DNA of 64,000 nucleotides, taken from the NCBI GenBank assembly GCA_963664215.1, contig OY761014.1; one strand, 5' to 3'. This DNA comes from Candidatus Poribacteria bacterium (GTDB lineage Bacteria; Poribacteria; WGA-4E; WGA-3G). The position numbers were made by a program, and so were the translations under genes. A model generated the notes under the pieces. It had not been told where the DNA came from and searched no databases. It worked only from the letters and a program-made list of their open reading frames with translations. Positions 42,001-49,652 of this stretch are shown piece by piece (position 1 is the first letter of the stretch; the number at the start of each line of letters is the position of its first letter).

Positions 42001-42419
42001 ATCTGGGTGATCGCCCGTGTGTATTGCTCTAACCGACCCGCCGCTTGAATGCTCTCAATCCCGAAACGACCGATCTGATGGCCAACCGCCGCAACGCCTA
42101 ACGCCCCCAGCACGCTTCCCGCGCCACTCAGCGAACGCGTAAATACGCCAACCCCCCGGTTAGCGAACCCGATCGCCCCCGTGAGTTCCGTTGCCCCCCT
42201 GCCCGTGCGCCGAAACCGATTCCCAAGCCCCTCGACCTCACGCGCAGTTTCACGCGCCTCGTCACCCAGCCTATCAACACCCGTCGCCGCATTATTCGCA
42301 GCACCCTGCGTCTGCCCCAATTGCTGACGCAGCTCACGCACCTCACCCTGGAGTTGCTCGATCTCGGTGCGGGCTTTCTTTGAGTCGGCTCTGAAGCGGA
42401 TTTGTACATCAGCAGGCAT
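36081..42419 (-). CDS. Tail tape measure protein (2112 aa)
   Basis: N-terminal coiled coil; tape-measure motif (LPGLNFEAL..LAMEQLIQAVQLGKV); Ala/Glu-rich helical body; position after the chaperones. Confidence 0.92.
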   Translation of the reverse strand: MPADVQIRFRADSKKARTEIEQLQGEVRELRQQLGQTQGAANNAATGVDRLGDEARETAREVEGLGNRFRRTGRGATELTGAIGFANRGVGVFTRSLSGAGSVLGALGVAAVGHQIGRFGIESIQAAGRLEQYTRAITQIEGSSEAAEKRLESLIEIANLPGLNFEALTRYSNRLRAAGLGAEDTDKILLTVGQTIVSLGGNASTASLAMEQLIQAVQLGKVDFRDFRTIVQQIPGFLEALGDVHGVEANLEGLHAAYRRVGGSIRDLLIPTFDELSRRFDAPPADSYIVVIDTLQNSILLTKAAIGDLFLPTITDAARVLSEFLDVVRVGTKDVSTLPEPIQEIIAGAQSLFEALQELGGALIRIVGPPIGALADSLGGLLGEVLELAGALVNLLNPIIQGTAYAIGALGAGIAQLSDHLTAFIGGVADAVEFIMFWRDEGAQASESTDRLAQSVASATAALEEHATAGDVGRARLKALQTELEQTTANIARYEEELRKASEAGISNQSTEQFARLLETARARVPELTAEIEKLEMAFGGASAALGENATLAQEQQARLSDLQTELRSANAEVERYEGLLQNAKDTAVGETNPAIEQYERQLGAAKDRQSELNTEIDKATSRLGTLKDGTDATTAATEEQGTAVKTAAVAFTEYLGVISAAQRHIREFENLNQELEGFDDFWRVAAGEVGEYTTAVDLATVSVVDHQAELEALHTAGFFDGLDDPLAAYVAELEATSVAADAALGPLNQVSETVKTGTADFREAEARLYDYSDALDTSKRSHIDFTDVVDRETTPAVEDLTTALDASKQGAELTERAFESLDTVVAEVADGTADAGDKFRDLEDPIGDAIGALGKLATAFADVAFDSGSALSDVAENVESLVKFAQGDISQAVLLPYNIFRQGEEARQARRDFEARNRDAFEDEQARLAVVRHFARGVRSAQETAGGTTNFDGQIIQSLLEQLIGITDIDVIETHLRNIFDPIATQLQQGMNAAVSDYEDALATGENVDHFRNRALHATNQFFDAQQEAMNIFNALFGTQQFDVIQELNDARNEQLNTIRQLQSEGQRGELTARQIAEATGTDRQAIEDVARAQYGEAAYEAEVAAAQGTGVSDVVSDVGAVVEETVAAATEALENIFRLSPEQRRVLAPLEETVAIAQGVVDDLDATSTPQEITRAYTDLANAQEAVQTQIVAFITDATHITEDARQRALTLAGQRFGNEIEAANGELLDALEAVGFQLVTAIRNMSGILSGAALQVQRIPEEIVDIQAPEQAVVQPIGDDAPTETPQVLEPEPPTEVFRFTGPQRDLLRTLQGDITSAENAIRLLGEDSTPAAITAAYTRLGAAETAYRDQQLAFIEAGVGLFTEDALANARTRYTDEFTDRLFDANLRLVSNLEDVGFALENAFTEASGFLQGTALAIRELGLETSPTGESGLETPPTADTPPTAEEVEPEPPAEVFRFTAQQRDHLRTLQGDITSAENAIRLLGEDSAPADITAAYTRLGEAESAYRDQQLAFIEAGVGIFTEDALANARTRYTNEFTDRLFDANLRLVSNLEDVGFALENAFTEASGFLQGTALAIRESGLETSPTRESGLETPPTADTPTEEVAPPRTRLEDTPESNLLENAVARARFNLTGATTERGFEEARRSLIRAINAFYDNELKRIDELALSETALKNLRQDNQLRREQALRRATTAQNQFTRDRLRDEESAQAEIERLREDAIAREARRQDEIEEVRDAQIENEADRLDAIEKLNEAHKDRLLALEEQFHEDLDDLQRDRNQTAEDIQREYQRDLQDLQTETARRLFDEEFGDLTADQRSRLTEDDTYQRELFDLNRQRDRDVQDFQTEFGILTPGSPGYDFYRQELESGGLTDENFIERVFGRRGLDEYLQNQRSVADVEARTETERADIETQAQATATALSEALAPLLQPESDAVMVSSDAAVASKDAATAANDAAIAARDATTAANAAVGTLPDIVGPLGRIETVSETFSDIVDALGEPAADLRATVEGLSTLNGGLAVDPLELTAKIEDAIAMFAEPVSPSVLTADTISVSGNTVHVSGGLALPSRAPAAAPPQTIEVTVPVTLNDNILLEQQSRTEQLNGRVNI
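37600..38560 (-). repeat. Two near-identical ~480-bp (160-aa) internal repeats in the tape measure, each with a REP cluster
   Basis: EPEPP.EVFRFT..QRD.LRTLQGDITSAENAIRLLGED.. x2; REP clusters at 37600-37672 and 38077-38152; a more diverged third unit at ~38600-39010. Confidence 0.9.
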
Positions 42420-42630
42420 AGTAAATCCTTGTAGCGTAGACGGTTCATCTGCCCCTGATAAGGGGGATTACTTGAGCATCAAACTTTCCAGTTTGTGGCA
42501 CTTTTCACAGTCAATCAGAGAATATCCGAAGGCGGATACATGCTTACAGAAACGTCGTTTTATCTCTTGAAAGACAAGACACTGCGGCTCCTAAACGGGC
42601 AATTTGTGTCAATTGCGAATTGATTTTTTC

Positions 42631-42659
42631 TTGCTAAAAAGTGGGGAAAGTGCTATAAT
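42631..42659 (+). promoter_or_regulatory. Sigma70 promoter of GIY-YIG cassette 2
   Basis: TTGCTA-17-TATAAT. Confidence 0.75.
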
Positions 42660-42662
42660 AAT

Positions 42663-42814
42663 AGGAAGGTAGTGGGAAGGGGGCGTAACCCCTCCCCGAT
42701 GCCAGAAACAATTAACCTAAGTCGCTAAACTCGGATCTTGCTAAAGGCATTTCTATTTTAACAAACCTTCCAAAGAAATGTCAAGCGAGGTCCCCAAACC
42801 ATAGGAACTTGACA
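42663..42814 (+). ncRNA. Conserved pseudoknotted leader of GIY-YIG cassette 2
   Basis: Homologue of 27042-27192; tagtg/cgcta (G-U substitution keeps pairing), atgcc/ggcat, ggaagg/ccttcc, tgtcaag/cttgaca. Confidence 0.6.
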
Positions 42815-43945
42815 ATGGGCTGCATCTATAAAATCACCAATACGGTGAACGGTAAAAGTTACATCGGACAAACAATTCACGATGCCGTGAAAACTCGGAT
42901 ACGTCAGCATCTTAATGGGTATCCGCATGGAAGCAAACTTGTCAAAAAAGCCATTGCGAAATACGGTAAAGACGCTTTCACATATGAGATACTTCATGAT
43001 GGTATTATTCCTGAATTCCTTGAAACCCTTGAAATTGAAGCGATTGAGAAGTTCAATACGCTCGCTCCATACGGATACAACCTTCAGATGGGAGGCTCTC
43101 ACAGCTCACCCTCAGCGGAAACACGTCGAAAAATCTCTGAGGGAAATAAAGGTAAAACGCGCTCGGAGGAAACAAAACAAAAAATGTCTGAAGCCGGTAA
43201 AGGCAGAAAACATTCAAAGGAAACCAGACGGAAACTTTCTAAAGCACATAAAGGTAAAAAGCTTTCCAAAGAACACCGACGGAAAATCTCGGAAGTACAA
43301 AAAGGTAAATATGTCTCAGCGGAAACGAGGCGAAAAATGTCCGAGAACAGCGCATCGAAACGCCCTGAAGTTCGGCAGAAAATTTCTGAAGCTAACAAAC
43401 GTAGAGTCTATAAACCTCACTCAGAAGAAGCCAAACGCAAAATGTCTGAATCACGCAAAGGTAGAAAATTTTCAGAAGAACACCGAAGGAAACTCTCAGA
43501 AGCACTTACAGGTAAAACTGTCTCAGAGAAAACTCGGCAGAAACTTTCTGAAGCCAACAAAGGTAAAACGATTTCAGACGAAACCCGACGGAAACTCTCG
43601 AAAGCCGGTAAACGTAGAAAGCTTTCAGAAGAACACCGCCGAAAAATATCTGAAGCACATAAAGGCAAAAAGCATTCAGACGAAACGAGGCGGAAAATAT
43701 CTGAAGCCGGTAAAGGCAAAAAGGCGTGGAACAAAGGCAAAAGGCACTCAGACGAAACGAGGCGGAAAATATCTGAATCACGCAAAGACGAAAGGTATTT
43801 ACCATCACGCAACTTGTTCTTTTCCCTTCCTGACACACTTTCACTAAAAGAAAAACGTAAAATCTTATTGAAAAAGTTTTCAGATGTTGTAAAACCAGGT
43901 ACACTTTACCGTTGGATACGCCAATGGAACTCTGAAGAAAATTAA
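42815..43945 (+). CDS. Free-standing GIY-YIG endonuclease with many NUMOD3-like repeats
   Basis: CIYKITNTVNGKSYIGQT; more than 10 S.E(T/H)RRK(I/L/M)SE repeats; C-terminal TLYRWIRQW. Confidence 0.92.
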   Translation: MGCIYKITNTVNGKSYIGQTIHDAVKTRIRQHLNGYPHGSKLVKKAIAKYGKDAFTYEILHDGIIPEFLETLEIEAIEKFNTLAPYGYNLQMGGSHSSPSAETRRKISEGNKGKTRSEETKQKMSEAGKGRKHSKETRRKLSKAHKGKKLSKEHRRKISEVQKGKYVSAETRRKMSENSASKRPEVRQKISEANKRRVYKPHSEEAKRKMSESRKGRKFSEEHRRKLSEALTGKTVSEKTRQKLSEANKGKTISDETRRKLSKAGKRRKLSEEHRRKISEAHKGKKHSDETRRKISEAGKGKKAWNKGKRHSDETRRKISESRKDERYLPSRNLFFSLPDTLSLKEKRKILLKKFSDVVKPGTLYRWIRQWNSEEN

Positions 43946-44173
43946 CTACTTCTTCCGATTTTTGTTCGTTTCCCTCACATACGCGTTGAAAAATAGGGTG
44001 TTGTATGAAAGCTTGTAATTGATGTCACGCCCCGGGCACATCTCGTTCGCCGGAGTCGTCCCCAACTCCTTGAACATTGCGAACTGGTTCGCCATCCGAA
44101 TTCTCGCTTGTGGATTTGTCTCCAGAAGATCGTAGAAATCGCCGAAGAGATGCCACCCCCGCGGCGGGCACAT
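43946..44173 (-). CDS. Tail assembly chaperone second ORF (gpT-like), probably reached by frameshift
   Basis: Overlaps the 3' end of 44025-45026 in the +1 frame; lies between chaperone and tape measure. Confidence 0.6.
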   Translation of the reverse strand: MCPPRGWHLFGDFYDLLETNPQARIRMANQFAMFKELGTTPANEMCPGRDINYKLSYNTLFFNAYVRETNKNRKK

Positions 44174-45026
44174 TCACAACGCGGTGACTCTCAAAGAGGG
44201 TCCTCATAAACCGTTCACTCAGCAATCCCACCGGATACGGCGCATCCGACCCGTGGGAGGGGTTTTCAACCCCGATCTCCTCGTATGACAGTTGCGGGTC
44301 AACAATCATCGCCGGCACTAATACCCGACGACGTGCGGTATTTCTCGCCATCTCTGCCGATAACTCTTCACTCGACATCTCTAAATACTTCTTCTGCTTT
44401 CCGATCGGGTAAAATTCAAACGTCTCTCCGCCCGTGATCGCAAATGCATCCGCGGGCACACCGCGACGGACGGTCACTTGATAGATCGCATCGGTTTCGA
44501 GTTGATTCACGACAGAAAACGCCTCCGCAAACGAATCCAGCATCACGCGAGACCTCGTTTCAATCGGAACCCCTTCACCCCGCCCTCTATACGAAAACTG
44601 CGGATCTACCAGCATGCCAGAGAGCAGCAACCTTGAGAGTTCTATATTCCGTTCCTCTTTCACGACCGGATCCTTTTCCCGATCCGCGTATTCCGTCATT
44701 AATTTTAACTGCTGAATTTCGAGTTCCAAGGGAATCCCATCACGAACCGACACTTGGAAGAAGGCTTGATTAAAAAACATTTCCACTGTCTTGACAGGCT
44801 TCCCAAGTGTCTCCAACACCTCCCGTGTGATCTTCGGTGCGTCCGAGGACTCTACGACTCTCGCCGACATATCACGAAAATTCACTTCCACGAGTGCCGT
44901 CTCTCGCTCGTCGTGGTCAAAAATATCGGGCGTAAAGGTGGGCAAATCCGATGCATCCACCACCTGCGCAGCCCTTCGCGATGAGATTCGAGCATCTAAT
45001 TGTTCCTGGATACTTTTCTTTGGCAT
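44025..45026 (-). CDS. Tail assembly chaperone (gpG-like)
   Basis: Position between tail tube and tape measure; internal two-fold repeat (MLVDPQFSY / MIVDPQLSY). Confidence 0.65.
   Translation of the reverse strand: MPKKSIQEQLDARISSRRAAQVVDASDLPTFTPDIFDHDERETALVEVNFRDMSARVVESSDAPKITREVLETLGKPVKTVEMFFNQAFFQVSVRDGIPLELEIQQLKLMTEYADREKDPVVKEERNIELSRLLLSGMLVDPQFSYRGRGEGVPIETRSRVMLDSFAEAFSVVNQLETDAIYQVTVRRGVPADAFAITGGETFEFYPIGKQKKYLEMSSEELSAEMARNTARRRVLVPAMIVDPQLSYEEIGVENPSHGSDAPYPVGLLSERFMRTLFESHRVVNVPAAGVASLRRFLRSSGDKSTSENSDGEPVRNVQGVGDDSGERDVPGA
44253..44280 (+). repeat. REP-like element in frame within the chaperone gene
   Basis: gtgggaggggttttcaaccccgatctcc, read as EIGVENPSH (different frame from the ESGLETPPT copies). 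Confidence 0.8.
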
Positions 45027-45094
45027 AAATGTTTCCTATTTAGAGTTGTCAGTCGTCGTAGGGGCGAGGTCGCCTCGCCCTTACAGAGGTCTGT

Positions 45095-46897
45095 TCAGAC
45101 TTGCACCCACTGGTCATTCCCGATAATCGTCACAATGAGCTCCCCTTCAACCTCCCCCTCAGGCGGAACCGCTTTCAACTCGATAGTTATAGGGATCGTC
45201 CCAGGACCGGTAGCCGCCACGCGCACAGGACTCGTGATTTCACAGTTCGGCATGGTGTATATGATCGCAAGTTGTTTTCCATTTCCGAGCCATTGGTAGG
45301 TTACGATGCGCACCGAAACACTCTCGTTGTTCCTAAATTTCTCGTCCCAGCGGACAAAAATATCCTCTTCGCTCGTCCCCGATTCATACTTCGTCTGGAC
45401 ACTGGACGTTACATTCCGGCGTGCCGTGGGTTCCGTATCCCTACGGAAACGCCCCGGTAGCTTGCCCTGAGAAAAATCGTAATTATGAACCACCGACACA
45501 GGAGCCGCGTCACAGATCACTGCTTCGCCATCTATTTCCAAGTATCGACCATACCCAGAGAAAAAGCGTCTGCCCACAAACGCGAACTCTTCATTCTCTT
45601 TGGGAACATTGGGGAACGAATATTGCACAGCCGTCGGGGTAAACTGCTCTTCATCGCCACCTTCGATCGTCCGGCGTTTGTCCACACGGTTAGAGAGTAT
45701 ATCAATCGTCGCGCCGATACTTTCACCGACCTCGATCTCCGCACCGATGGGGACCCCTTTCGTGACCAACCACGGCTCACCCCCAACTTCAGGCTCCAGT
45801 GTCCAGCCGAGGAACTCGTCATTGACCGTTTTCAGTGTTGTTTCATATCCACCCGGCTCCGCTATCATCTCTACTTTGTGGTCTCCTGTCAACCCCGAGG
45901 TATCAACAACAGTCCCGTTTGCATCCTTGACGATAACCTTATGGATTTTGTGGAAATACTTACTTGTCGAGGCATCCGAATCTAAGTCGATCTCCTCTCT
46001 CAAGGGAAGCGTGTCATTTGAAGCGAGTCCAACACGTCGCACCCCTCTGATCAGAAGTGTATGGTCGGTGAGAGCACCCGTGTATTTCACGCGAATCTGA
46101 CTCGGACGATCCGGTTCAGGATTCCGCACGATATTCCCAGCAATCGCGGTCGTGATGGAGAATTTCCCTGCATTCCAGCCCGTCGACCGAACCCGTGCCA
46201 CCGTGGCACCCGCAGGGAGTTCTGTTGTCTGTGCAGCGGTTTTCACTGAATCCTCGAAACTCAACGACAACGTCCCTGTCTCTCCCGCTGCGTCTGTGTA
46301 GGTGATCACAATCGTGCCGGGCGTAGCAGCGTTTGTGAGTGCCGCATCGCTATCCGGTGCCACCGTCAATGTGAGCGCATCGCGATACGCACTGAGATCC
46401 TCCGCAATCGTCTTGTTGCCAGCCCCCGATAGGTTCTGATCGTTGACGACTGTTACCGGCACATCGGTTACGCCTGAAAAATAGGTATCCGCATCGATGT
46501 CATCTAAATCTGTGTCCGCCGCGACAAGCGTTTTGGTGGGGAGCGCAACGCTCACAGGGGTCGGATCCGCCAGCACGCCTTGAATAATATCCAAGAACCC
46601 TTCTTCTGAGGGGATCTCTATCTCTACGTTTCCTGAACCCCAGAGGTAGCCATCCTCTCCGAAGACATCCGCACGCCCCGCACGCAGCGAATCGCTCGAT
46701 TGCTTCTCTGAATCCTCGTCGTGATTCCACGCCGTGACGACATACCGTCGATACTTGCCTGGATTCTTGCTTCCCGGCGGGGATTTGACGAGTTTTGTCC
46801 GATCGGTAACAGGGCTACCTGTGGTTTCTGTCTCTCGTGCTATAACAAAAGAAGTTTTCTCGGCTTGCCTTCTCTCTGCCATTGCTTTTTCCTCCAT
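45095..46897 (-). CDS. Major tail (tube) protein with a large central insertion
   Basis: 600 aa; tube-like N- and C-terminal parts (IIYTMPNCEITSP..ITIELKA); position after the terminator gene. Confidence 0.7.
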   Translation of the reverse strand: MEEKAMAERRQAEKTSFVIARETETTGSPVTDRTKLVKSPPGSKNPGKYRRYVVTAWNHDEDSEKQSSDSLRAGRADVFGEDGYLWGSGNVEIEIPSEEGFLDIIQGVLADPTPVSVALPTKTLVAADTDLDDIDADTYFSGVTDVPVTVVNDQNLSGAGNKTIAEDLSAYRDALTLTVAPDSDAALTNAATPGTIVITYTDAAGETGTLSLSFEDSVKTAAQTTELPAGATVARVRSTGWNAGKFSITTAIAGNIVRNPEPDRPSQIRVKYTGALTDHTLLIRGVRRVGLASNDTLPLREEIDLDSDASTSKYFHKIHKVIVKDANGTVVDTSGLTGDHKVEMIAEPGGYETTLKTVNDEFLGWTLEPEVGGEPWLVTKGVPIGAEIEVGESIGATIDILSNRVDKRRTIEGGDEEQFTPTAVQYSFPNVPKENEEFAFVGRRFFSGYGRYLEIDGEAVICDAAPVSVVHNYDFSQGKLPGRFRRDTEPTARRNVTSSVQTKYESGTSEEDIFVRWDEKFRNNESVSVRIVTYQWLGNGKQLAIIYTMPNCEITSPVRVAATGPGTIPITIELKAVPPEGEVEGELIVTIIGNDQWVQV

Positions 46898-46935
46898 TTA
46901 TCCGTTATTGTAAGGGGCGGGTCCCAAACCCTAAA

Positions 46936-47496
46936 CTACACGCTTGTGTTGGATGGGTATATATGCGTTACGAGAATTCTGAAACGTACAATTTCAAACG
47001 GGGTTCCCTCGATGGCACTGATTCTGCCCGCGCTCGTGTGGACTTCTTGAATTCTCGTTCGATAGACACCCTCGACATCTAAATCCGGTGTTCCGTTGAT
47101 GAGCCGTTCGACCGTATAAATCGCATCAGAGACCTGATCTGTCAGGGGTTTAGGGAATTCGGTAGACTCTTTTAAAACCACATCGCAAGCGATCGGAAGA
47201 TATTCTTCTGTTTCACCCAACGCTGCAAACTCCGTATTCGCACCGCCATCGCGTTTGCGGAGCACCTCGTCAAAATTCAGAAGCAGCGCGGGAATCGCCC
47301 CCTGCTGATCCAAACTCGTCCAATGCATATACCGTTTTTGAACTGTCTTGACCCGAATCGGAAACTTCCGTTCGGCATCAGGCGTGTCCATCTCGTCGTA
47401 AGGACATTCTGAATCTTCGCGAAGTGGCTCGAAAAGTTCATAAAGTGCGTCAACGATCCGCGCCCGGCGGTGTTTTTCATCCATGACCGTCTCCAT
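46936..47496 (-). CDS. Tail terminator/completion protein
   Basis: Size and position; typical beta-rich C-terminus (IVRFRILVTHIY). Confidence 0.55.
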   Translation of the reverse strand: METVMDEKHRRARIVDALYELFEPLREDSECPYDEMDTPDAERKFPIRVKTVQKRYMHWTSLDQQGAIPALLLNFDEVLRKRDGGANTEFAALGETEEYLPIACDVVLKESTEFPKPLTDQVSDAIYTVERLINGTPDLDVEGVYRTRIQEVHTSAGRISAIEGTPFEIVRFRILVTHIYPSNTSV

Positions 47497-47830
47497 TCTT
47501 TGTGTCGTTATTCCCTTCAGGATACAGGGCTGCCCCCATCGTGATAATGACGGTAATCAAGCTCCCCAACACCAGCGAAACCGTTGCCACATCTATATGC
47601 TCCTGAAACCATCGCGCCAGCAGCCACACCGTCGCAAAGCAGAGCAACATGAAAATCGTTGTGTCCCTGTCCTTCGCCGATGAGAAAAACTTTACCGCCT
47701 GCGGTGAATGGGCATCGGAGACTTCCCTTGCTTTCGGCGTGCTTTTCCGACCCAGCGATCTGCCGAGCAGTATAGAGAAAAGCACGATCCCCAGAATAAC
47801 CCCGATTTGAACAATACTGATATTAATCAT
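47477..47830 (-). CDS. Small multi-TM membrane protein, holin candidate
   Basis: Three hydrophobic segments in 117 aa with charged linkers. Confidence 0.45.
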   Translation of the reverse strand: MINISIVQIGVILGIVLFSILLGRSLGRKSTPKAREVSDAHSPQAVKFFSSAKDRDTTIFMLLCFATVWLLARWFQEHIDVATVSLVLGSLITVIITMGAALYPEGNNDTKNGDGHG

Positions 47831-47865
47831 GAATCCTCCCTATTTTCCGCAAGCACTGGGTATTC

Positions 47866-48207
47866 TTACAAAAACTTGCTCAATAGATATGCGACGATCA
47901 CCGCCGCAACCGTCGCGACGCTCTGAGAGACTGCGATTCGGTTCTTAATTGCCGATTCAAACTGGTTTTTCCATTCCTCCAGGGTTGCGAGGCGTTCCAT
48001 GTGGTTATCCAGTTCTTTGGAATGCGTGTCGAGACGATGGGTGTCGACTTTGATGCTTTGGTCAAGTTTCTCTGACAAGCTTTCATGCTGCGCGTCGTTA
48101 TGCTCCCGCATCGCACGGATGTCGCCCTGCACCTCTACGATCTTCATTTCGAGTTGGTGTATGCTCTCAAGCGTCTTGTCTACTAATTGGTGTTCCATTT
48201 CGTTCAT
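47866..48207 (-). CDS. Coiled-coil protein with C-terminal TM (XhlA/holin-associated-like)
   Basis: Heptad-rich body, RLATLE motif, hydrophobic C-terminus; SD aaggag. Confidence 0.5.
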   Translation of the reverse strand: MNEMEHQLVDKTLESIHQLEMKIVEVQGDIRAMREHNDAQHESLSEKLDQSIKVDTHRLDTHSKELDNHMERLATLEEWKNQFESAIKNRIAVSQSVATVAAVIVAYLLSKFL

Positions 48208-48719
48208 GTGAGGCTCCTTTCTAAGATAGCGATCTCCTCGCGTTGCCATTTCTCACCGAGTTGCGATACCCGTTCCTCAAACCGTTCACCCGCCGCGATG
48301 AGTTCGTAAACAGGGCGCGCCGATAGGTTCGTTTCATCATTCCCTTCCTCATGCAACGCAGGGTAATTCGCACCGAACCGCGACTGGAAATATCCGCCAC
48401 TCACTCCCAGTACCAATTCCTGCGCACTGTATTCCGCAATAGAGCCAGGACGATTCGGATGTGTCGCCGCATCCCGATAGGTGCCTTCACGCTCCAAAAT
48501 CCCTTTCCCCGGATGCGTGACCCCTTTCCGTGCCGCATACAACGGATCCAGTCCCGCCCATCGACCGTAACCTTCACTGTCAAAAATATCGTCGATCTCG
48601 TCCCAAACAAACGGCGCGAGAAAATCTGTCCAGAACCGCGTCGCATCTTGCAACCGCGTCTCGACCCTCTCAACGAAAGCCTCTGTTCTCAGGAGTGCGT
48701 CAAAATGAATGTGAATCAT
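48204..48719 (-). CDS. Neck/virion morphogenesis protein (HK97 gp10/Mu gpG-like)
   Basis: WAGLDPLYAARK..ILEREGTYRD, YPALHEEG, LSARPV motifs. Confidence 0.65.
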   Translation of the reverse strand: MIHIHFDALLRTEAFVERVETRLQDATRFWTDFLAPFVWDEIDDIFDSEGYGRWAGLDPLYAARKGVTHPGKGILEREGTYRDAATHPNRPGSIAEYSAQELVLGVSGGYFQSRFGANYPALHEEGNDETNLSARPVYELIAAGERFEERVSQLGEKWQREEIAILERSLT

Positions 48720-48769
48720 GTTCAGCGTCCTTATTGGTGTATTGCCAGTACAGCATTGCTATTGACCTT

Positions 48770-49111
48770 CTACAAGACTCCCTGGGATCTGAGATACAAT
48801 CTTTGGACAGGGCTGCCTTTCACCTGCAAAACGTCCGCCACACGGAACTCACTCAAATCCTTACGCACCAGAACATCGCCTTTTGCAATATTCGGATTCG
48901 GTTTGGATAGCAACGCGATTGCCTCTGTTTGTTGCACTGCCACATTCGACCGGAGCTGCGTCGCCTCTCGTTGCGGAATCCCGGAGGTGAGCGGTTGGAT
49001 CATGCAGGTCACATTTTCGGCAACCGTCGTCTCATCCGTGGCATCATACGCAGATTTCCTTATGATTGTCACGGTTTCTCTATGTTGTGGCGGAATCCGA
49101 AATCTTGCCAT
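48770..49111 (-). CDS. Head closure/stopper protein
   Basis: 113 aa; TVTI..NVTCMIQP..IAKGDVLV..FRVADV pattern; position. Confidence 0.6.
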   Translation of the reverse strand: MARFRIPPQHRETVTIIRKSAYDATDETTVAENVTCMIQPLTSGIPQREATQLRSNVAVQQTEAIALLSKPNPNIAKGDVLVRKDLSEFRVADVLQVKGSPVQRLYLRSQGVL

Positions 49112-49133
49112 AATTGACGCTACATCCCAGGCG

Positions 49134-49574
49134 TTAGCCGACCACCGCAAACGGAACGCGCCGCTTCGTTTGCGAACCCACAGGAGTCCTCGATGCCTGA
49201 ACCTCCGTGACGACATCCGCAACCTTCTCGGTGACCTTCGCCTGATGAAACGCACGCTTGTCTTTCCAGTTAATCTCTTGGACCCGCGTGACAATTTCAA
49301 TCTGGTCTGACTGAAGGATCTGTGCCGCAACGACGCACAACTCAGATGCACACTGATGCATCATGGCCAACCGAGCCACCTCTAATGCCTCGCCTGTCAA
49401 TGTGTCGGCATCAATGTTCTCCGCTCGTAAGCGTTTACGGACCTCGCGTTCAGCGTCCGGCGCGAAGGGCTGCTGCGATAGATAGGCATCGGAGATATGA
49501 TCCGCAGTGACATCCGGCGCAATCAGCCCACGCACCGCATCGTAATGTGTTGAAGTCAGTATCGTTGCCGGCAT
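49134..49574 (-). CDS. Head-tail adaptor protein
   Basis: Helical ~146 aa immediately after the capsid gene; SD atggag. Confidence 0.6.
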   Translation of the reverse strand: MPATILTSTHYDAVRGLIAPDVTADHISDAYLSQQPFAPDAEREVRKRLRAENIDADTLTGEALEVARLAMMHQCASELCVVAAQILQSDQIEIVTRVQEINWKDKRAFHQAKVTEKVADVVTEVQASRTPVGSQTKRRVPFAVVG

Positions 49575-49652
49575 AAAGAACTCCATCAGTGGAAGAACGG
49601 AATGGAAGGATGGAGGGATGGACACCCAATCCTCCAGTCTTCCAACCTTTCA

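Noticed and set aside
42900-43850. Lys/Arg-rich SEETRRK repeats as a novel repeat
   Set aside because: They match the known NUMOD3-type motif of homing endonucleases.
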